DNA of 64,000 bases from Methanobacteriota archaeon (GTDB lineage: Archaea; Thermoplasmatota; Thermoplasmata; UBA10834), in assembly GCA_020347565.1 (NCBI GenBank), contig CP070732.1, forward strand, positions 243,582-307,581, read 5' to 3'. The translations under genes and the position numbers were made by a program. Positions within the stretch are counted from its first letter, which is position 1. The number at the start of each line of letters is the position of its first letter. Of this stretch, positions 59,641 to 64,000 are shown piece after piece. The notes under the pieces were generated by a model that was not told the origin of the DNA, searched no databases, and saw only the letters and a list, made by a program, of their open reading frames with translations.

Positions 59641-61029
59641 ATGCCTGAGGATTGGACGGAGAGGTACAGGCCAGCATCGCTGTCCGAAGTGGTGGGCAAC
59701 GACAGAGCCATCGGGACTATGAGACGCTGGGCCGAGTCCTGGAAGAAGGGGGCTCCGAAGAAGAAGGCATTGGTGCTGAAAGGCGAGCCAGGTACTGGAA
59801 AGACAAGTGCCGCTCTGGCCCTCGCGAACGACTTCGGATGGGACGTCATCGAGATGAACGCGTCGGATCACAGGAACGCCGATTCCATACGCAGGGTTGC
59901 TGGCCTCGGAGCGGTCAGCGAGACGTTCTCCAACGCGGGAGAGTTCCTGTCCACTTCAGAAGGCAAGCGCAAGCTGATCGTTTTGGATGAGGCGGACAAC
60001 CTGTTCGGACGAGAGGACCATGGAGGAGCGAAGGCGATCAGCCAGACGATCAAGGAGACCAACCAGCCCGTCATACTGATCGTCAACGACTACTACGCCC
60101 TAACCCGCAAGGCCTCAGCCATCAAGACGCTCGCAGTGGGTGTGAAGTTCGCGAGGCACCGCGACGGCACGGTTCTGGAGGTGCTGCGGGGGATCTGCGA
60201 AGCCGAAGGGTTGACGGTGGACGCTGGACTGCTCGCCGCAATCGTCAAGAACGCCTCTGGCGACCTGAGAGGGGCCATCAACGACCTCCAGATGCTCGTG
60301 GAGGGGCGAAAGACGGTCGATGTCGAGGGCGGAGACGCCCTTGGCAAGCGGAACCAGGGAGTCGAGCTGGACGCTGCGCTCGAGGCCATGTACGGCGCGC
60401 GCACCGCGAGGGAGGCGAGGGACGCCACGAACTCGCTCGACAAGACCCCTGATGAGCTGATCATGTGGATAGAGGAGAGCATACCCAGCGAGTTCTCGAA
60501 CCGCGCAGACAGGGCAGCGGCGTTCGACGCCCTCTCGCGCTCGGACGTCTACCTCAGACGGACCAGGCGCCTCCAACACTACGGCCTCTGGGCGTACGCG
60601 AAAGAGATGATGACGAGCGGCGTGGCCCTTGCCAGGAGCGGCCCGAGACGCCGCTCCCCACCGAGGTACGGCTTCCCGAGCTACCTCATCATGATGTCGC
60701 GCTCCAAATCCGTCCGGTCCTCGAGGGCGGCTCTGTGTCGCAAGCTCTCGCCTGTGCTGCACTCGTCGTCACGCGAGATCGCCGTTTCCGTGCTTCCTTA
60801 TCTGTCGGCCATGGCCCGCAACGACAGCGAGCTACTGGCCCATCTGGGCGCGGAGGCCGAGTTCGACGAGGGCGACGTCGCCTACCTCCTCGGGACGGAC
60901 CCCGCATCCGATGCCGTGGCGGATACGATGGACGTGATCCGAAGGATCAGGTCCGGCGAAATACGGCGGGAAGCCGCTGCCGAGGCGGGCTCAGATGCCC
61001 GGCGAGGCACTCGCCTGTCGGACTTCTGA
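59641..61029 (+). CDS. rfcL: Replication factor C large subunit
   Basis: WTERYRP, GEPGTGKT, EMNASD, LDEAD, GDLRGAINDLQ; PIP-like TRLSDF at the end. Confidence 0.95.
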   Translation: MPEDWTERYRPASLSEVVGNDRAIGTMRRWAESWKKGAPKKKALVLKGEPGTGKTSAALALANDFGWDVIEMNASDHRNADSIRRVAGLGAVSETFSNAGEFLSTSEGKRKLIVLDEADNLFGREDHGGAKAISQTIKETNQPVILIVNDYYALTRKASAIKTLAVGVKFARHRDGTVLEVLRGICEAEGLTVDAGLLAAIVKNASGDLRGAINDLQMLVEGRKTVDVEGGDALGKRNQGVELDAALEAMYGARTAREARDATNSLDKTPDELIMWIEESIPSEFSNRADRAAAFDALSRSDVYLRRTRRLQHYGLWAYAKEMMTSGVALARSGPRRRSPPRYGFPSYLIMMSRSKSVRSSRAALCRKLSPVLHSSSREIAVSVLPYLSAMARNDSELLAHLGAEAEFDEGDVAYLLGTDPASDAVADTMDVIRRIRSGEIRREAAAEAGSDARRGTRLSDF

Positions 61030-61041
61030 AGGGGGCTGGAT

Positions 61042-61971
61042 GTGGTGTCCTCAGGTGCTCTTGACCAGCTGAAGAAGCAGCAATACCACATGGTAGGAGA
61101 CACGGGAGCGGTGAAGCTCTGCCATTGGATGAGGCAGAAGCTCATACACGGCCGCCCGTGCTACAAGGAGGAATTCTACGGGATCGATACGCACAGGTGT
61201 CTGCAGATGACCCCCAGCGTCAACATATGCAATTTCAGGTGCCTCTTTTGTTGGAGATTCCACGGAATGACGGGCTTCGAGGGGTCGAAGTGTCCCGAGC
61301 CAGAGGAGCTGCTCGATGGATGCATCTCCGAACAGCGGCTGCTGGTTTCTGGCTACAAGGGCGACGAGAGATGCGACCCGGCGATGTGGGAGCAGGCACG
61401 TGAGCCCAACCAGGTGGCGATATCGCTGTCCGGGGAGCCCACGCTGTATCCGTACCTTGGGGAGTTCATCGCGCTCTGCCACAGGCGTGGCATGACGACT
61501 TTCCTGGTGACGAACGGCTCAGTGCCAAGGACGCTGGGGTCCCTCGACACTCTTCCGACGCAGCTGTACGTGACAGTCGCGGCCCCGAACGAGATGCTGT
61601 TCGAGAGGCTGTGCGTACCCCAATCCCCGAACGCCTGGGAGAAGCTCATGGAGACATTGCGGCTGCTGCCGTCGCTCGACACAAGGGTGGTCCTTCGCCA
61701 CACGCTCGTGAAGGGCTGGAACCTCGGCTGGGAGGACGAGTATGTTAAGCTCGACACGATGGCCGAGCCGATGTTCGTCGAGCCGAAGGGATATGTCTTC
61801 GTCGGTGATTCGCGCAGGAGGATGACGATGGACAACATGCCATCTCACCAGGATGTGAGGGAGTTCTCGCGGAGGGTCGCTGAGAGCCTTTCCCTGGATA
61901 TGCTGATGGAGAGGGAGGACAGCAGGGTAGTCCTGCTCGGCGATAGAAGGTCGGCGCTCAAGGTTCGATAG
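61042..61971 (+). CDS. taw1: 4-demethylwyosine synthase (radical SAM)
   Basis: VKLCHW, CYKEEFYGI, HRCLQMTP, CNFRCLFCWR, AISLSGEPT. Confidence 0.95.
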   Translation: MVSSGALDQLKKQQYHMVGDTGAVKLCHWMRQKLIHGRPCYKEEFYGIDTHRCLQMTPSVNICNFRCLFCWRFHGMTGFEGSKCPEPEELLDGCISEQRLLVSGYKGDERCDPAMWEQAREPNQVAISLSGEPTLYPYLGEFIALCHRRGMTTFLVTNGSVPRTLGSLDTLPTQLYVTVAAPNEMLFERLCVPQSPNAWEKLMETLRLLPSLDTRVVLRHTLVKGWNLGWEDEYVKLDTMAEPMFVEPKGYVFVGDSRRRMTMDNMPSHQDVREFSRRVAESLSLDMLMEREDSRVVLLGDRRSALKVR

Positions 61972-61974
61972 AGC

Positions 61975-63888
61975 CTACTTAAGCCTGATCGTCTCGAGGT
62001 TGAGGGGCGCGCGCGTTTCGATGCCGAACTTCTTGTACAGAGTGCTGGCCAGGTCGGAGCACTTGTGGTCCTCTCCGTGGCCGATGATTATGCGCTCGGG
62101 CCGGGGGTCGAGCGTGCTTACGTAGTTCACCAGCTGGCGCCGGTCCGAGTGCCCTGAGAACCCGTCGACGGTCTCCGTGTCCATCTTCATCTTGAGCGAA
62201 ATGGACTTGCCCCTCTCGTTGAGCGTTATGTCGCTCCAGCCCTTCTGGATCTTCCTTCCCATCGTCCCCTCGCCCTGGAAACCGACGAAGACGATGGTGT
62301 TGTTGGGGTCGTCGCACCACGCCTTGAAGTACTCCATGACGGGCCCGCCGCTCATCATGCCGCTCGTGGCGAGAACTATGCAGGGTTCGGGGTCGTGGCA
62401 TATCCTCTCGCGCATGTCCGGGCTGTCGACTCTCTTGAACACCTCGGACAGGAACGGGTTCTCCCCCATCTGGAATATCTGCGTCCTCAGCTGGCTGTTC
62501 AGGTACTCCGGGTAGGCGGTGTGTATCGCGGTCGCCTCCCAGATCATGCCATCAAGGTATATCGGAACGGTGTGTATGCGGTGGCCCCGCATCTGCTCCT
62601 CGAGGACGAGCATGACCTCTTGCGACCTCCCGACGGCGAAGACGGGAACGAGGACCTTGCCTCCTCTGCCGAGCGTCGCCCTGACTACCTCCTTCATCTG
62701 GTTCGCCGCCTCCTGCCGGCTCGGCTGGATGTCGTGGTAACCGCCATAGGTGGATTCGATCAAGAGCGTCTCAAGCCTCGGGAACTTGTTGACGGAAGCG
62801 TTGAACAGCCACGACTTCTCGAACTTGATGTCGCCGGTGAAGCCGACGTTGTACAGCCCGTCACCCACGTGGAAGTGCGCGATGGACGAGCCTAGTATGT
62901 GTCCCGCGTTCTGGAGCGTCAGCCTGATGTCCGGCGATATGTCGGTCGTCTCTCCGTATTTCAGTGGTATGCAGTGCACGACCGCGTCCCTTATATGCGA
63001 CGACTCGTACGACGCCTTCTTGCCCTCGCCGACGGCCACCTTGATGTAGTCCAGCTGCAGCAAGGACATCAGGTCCCTCGTCGGGGGCGTGCAGTATGTC
63101 GGCCCTTCGAAGCCGTACTTGTAGAGTACTGGGAGCAGTCCGGAGTGGTCCAGGTGTGCGTGGGTTATCACGACGGCGTCGAGCGTGTCGAGCGGGAACA
63201 GCTCAGGTGCGCTCAGGTATGGCGTCGTGCCGTTGTCGTCGGCAGCGACGGCCACGCCGCAGTCCACCAACACCTTGCTCTCCCTCGTAGACAGCAGCGC
63301 TGCGCTTCTGCCGACCTCACGGAACCCGCCGAGTGCGGTCACGCGCAGCCATGTCTCGTCGTTGAGCCTCTGCCGCATGAGTCTCCTGCCCACGCGCCTG
63401 AGGAACTCCTTGCGCTCGTCCTGCACCTTCCTGAGGTAGTTGCGGATCTCGCTGACGGTCTTCGACGGGATCGGCGGGGCGCGGACCACCTTCGGCGCCC
63501 AGCCGATGTCCTTCTTGATCTCGTTCAGTATGGCGCCGTGCTTGCCTATGACGAGGCCGGGAGAAATCGCTTCGATCGTGACCTCGCCAGTGTCGTCCTC
63601 GAAGTAGATGTTGGTGATCTTCGCCTCTTCAGGGATGATCTTCCGGATGCGCTCCTCCGCGCTTGTCGGCTCGGCGAGCATCTCCGGGTCGGGCCTTATC
63701 GCGACACGTCTCCGCAGGGACTGCGCGAGCTGGCGGACGAGGTCGTTGTTCTTTGCGAACTCGTCCAGGTTCTTCGTGTAGATCACAATCACTGGTCCTT
63801 CGAAGTCGACGTCGGTGACCTCGATGTTCGAAGGTATGGTCTTCTTGACCGCCTCTCTGGCGTCTTCCAGAATCTTCTCTACGCCCAT
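61975..63888 (-). CDS. aCPSF1/FttA KH-domain beta-CASP ribonuclease
   Basis: KH domains (PGLVIGKHG), LGGFREVGRS, HAHLDH, AGHILGS, FAVGRSQE, GFSGHSD. Confidence 0.96.
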   Translation of the reverse strand: MGVEKILEDAREAVKKTIPSNIEVTDVDFEGPVIVIYTKNLDEFAKNNDLVRQLAQSLRRRVAIRPDPEMLAEPTSAEERIRKIIPEEAKITNIYFEDDTGEVTIEAISPGLVIGKHGAILNEIKKDIGWAPKVVRAPPIPSKTVSEIRNYLRKVQDERKEFLRRVGRRLMRQRLNDETWLRVTALGGFREVGRSAALLSTRESKVLVDCGVAVAADDNGTTPYLSAPELFPLDTLDAVVITHAHLDHSGLLPVLYKYGFEGPTYCTPPTRDLMSLLQLDYIKVAVGEGKKASYESSHIRDAVVHCIPLKYGETTDISPDIRLTLQNAGHILGSSIAHFHVGDGLYNVGFTGDIKFEKSWLFNASVNKFPRLETLLIESTYGGYHDIQPSRQEAANQMKEVVRATLGRGGKVLVPVFAVGRSQEVMLVLEEQMRGHRIHTVPIYLDGMIWEATAIHTAYPEYLNSQLRTQIFQMGENPFLSEVFKRVDSPDMRERICHDPEPCIVLATSGMMSGGPVMEYFKAWCDDPNNTIVFVGFQGEGTMGRKIQKGWSDITLNERGKSISLKMKMDTETVDGFSGHSDRRQLVNYVSTLDPRPERIIIGHGEDHKCSDLASTLYKKFGIETRAPLNLETIRLK

Positions 63889-63966
63889 AGGCTTCACTCA
63901 TTTCGCGTCGAATAGCTCACTGTGGTTTCGGCAGCTCTGCCTGTTGTCCAGACGCCTCGCCCGATG

Positions 63967-64000
63967 TCAGGTCGAGAGCTTCATCTTGGACATTCTCTTG
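63967..64000 (-). CDS. 3' end of an upstream gene, possibly proteasome beta subunit by usual synteny with aCPSF1
   Basis: Minus frame reads KRMSKMKLST*. Identity is inferred from gene order only. Confidence 0.3.
   Translation of the reverse strand, partial: KRMSKMKLST

Noticed and set aside
147-64000. Many long antisense or alternate-frame ORFs (e.g. 11657-13099, 38445-39866, 46605-48146)
   Set aside because: Shadow ORFs expected from high GC3, lying opposite well-supported genes.

Overview
GC-rich archaeal chromosomal segment, most consistent with an uncultured Thermoplasmata-type euryarchaeon (inferred from gene content: thermosome, RFC S/L, aCPSF1, Taw1, Trm1, archaeal DnaG, FBP aldolase/phosphatase, L40e, MptD). 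Most of the window is housekeeping: gluconeogenesis, a four-subunit 2-oxoacid:ferredoxin oxidoreductase, ADP-forming acyl-CoA ligase alpha/beta, tRNA modification, replication and repair. The ORF track misses or truncates four features: an ABC permease running off the left edge, rpl40e, tRNA-Ser(CGA) and a box C/D RNA whose guide fits C34 of a CAU-anticodon pre-tRNA. Two regions stand out. (1) A ~12 kb cluster (23-35 kb) with three non-pyrrolysine MttB-family methyltransferases, M24 and C45 hydrolases and a peptide ABC transporter lacking its ATPase, with no corrinoid partner in the window. (2) A catalytic-domain-only tyrosine recombinase (58841-59491) next to a 1.15 kb non-coding tract dense in hairpins and inverted repeats. 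Other candidates are a structured region upstream of dnaG, a protease-less Zn-ribbon LonB-type ATPase and an Nre/SPL-like radical SAM pair. All calls come from motif recognition by eye; no searches or folding programs were run.
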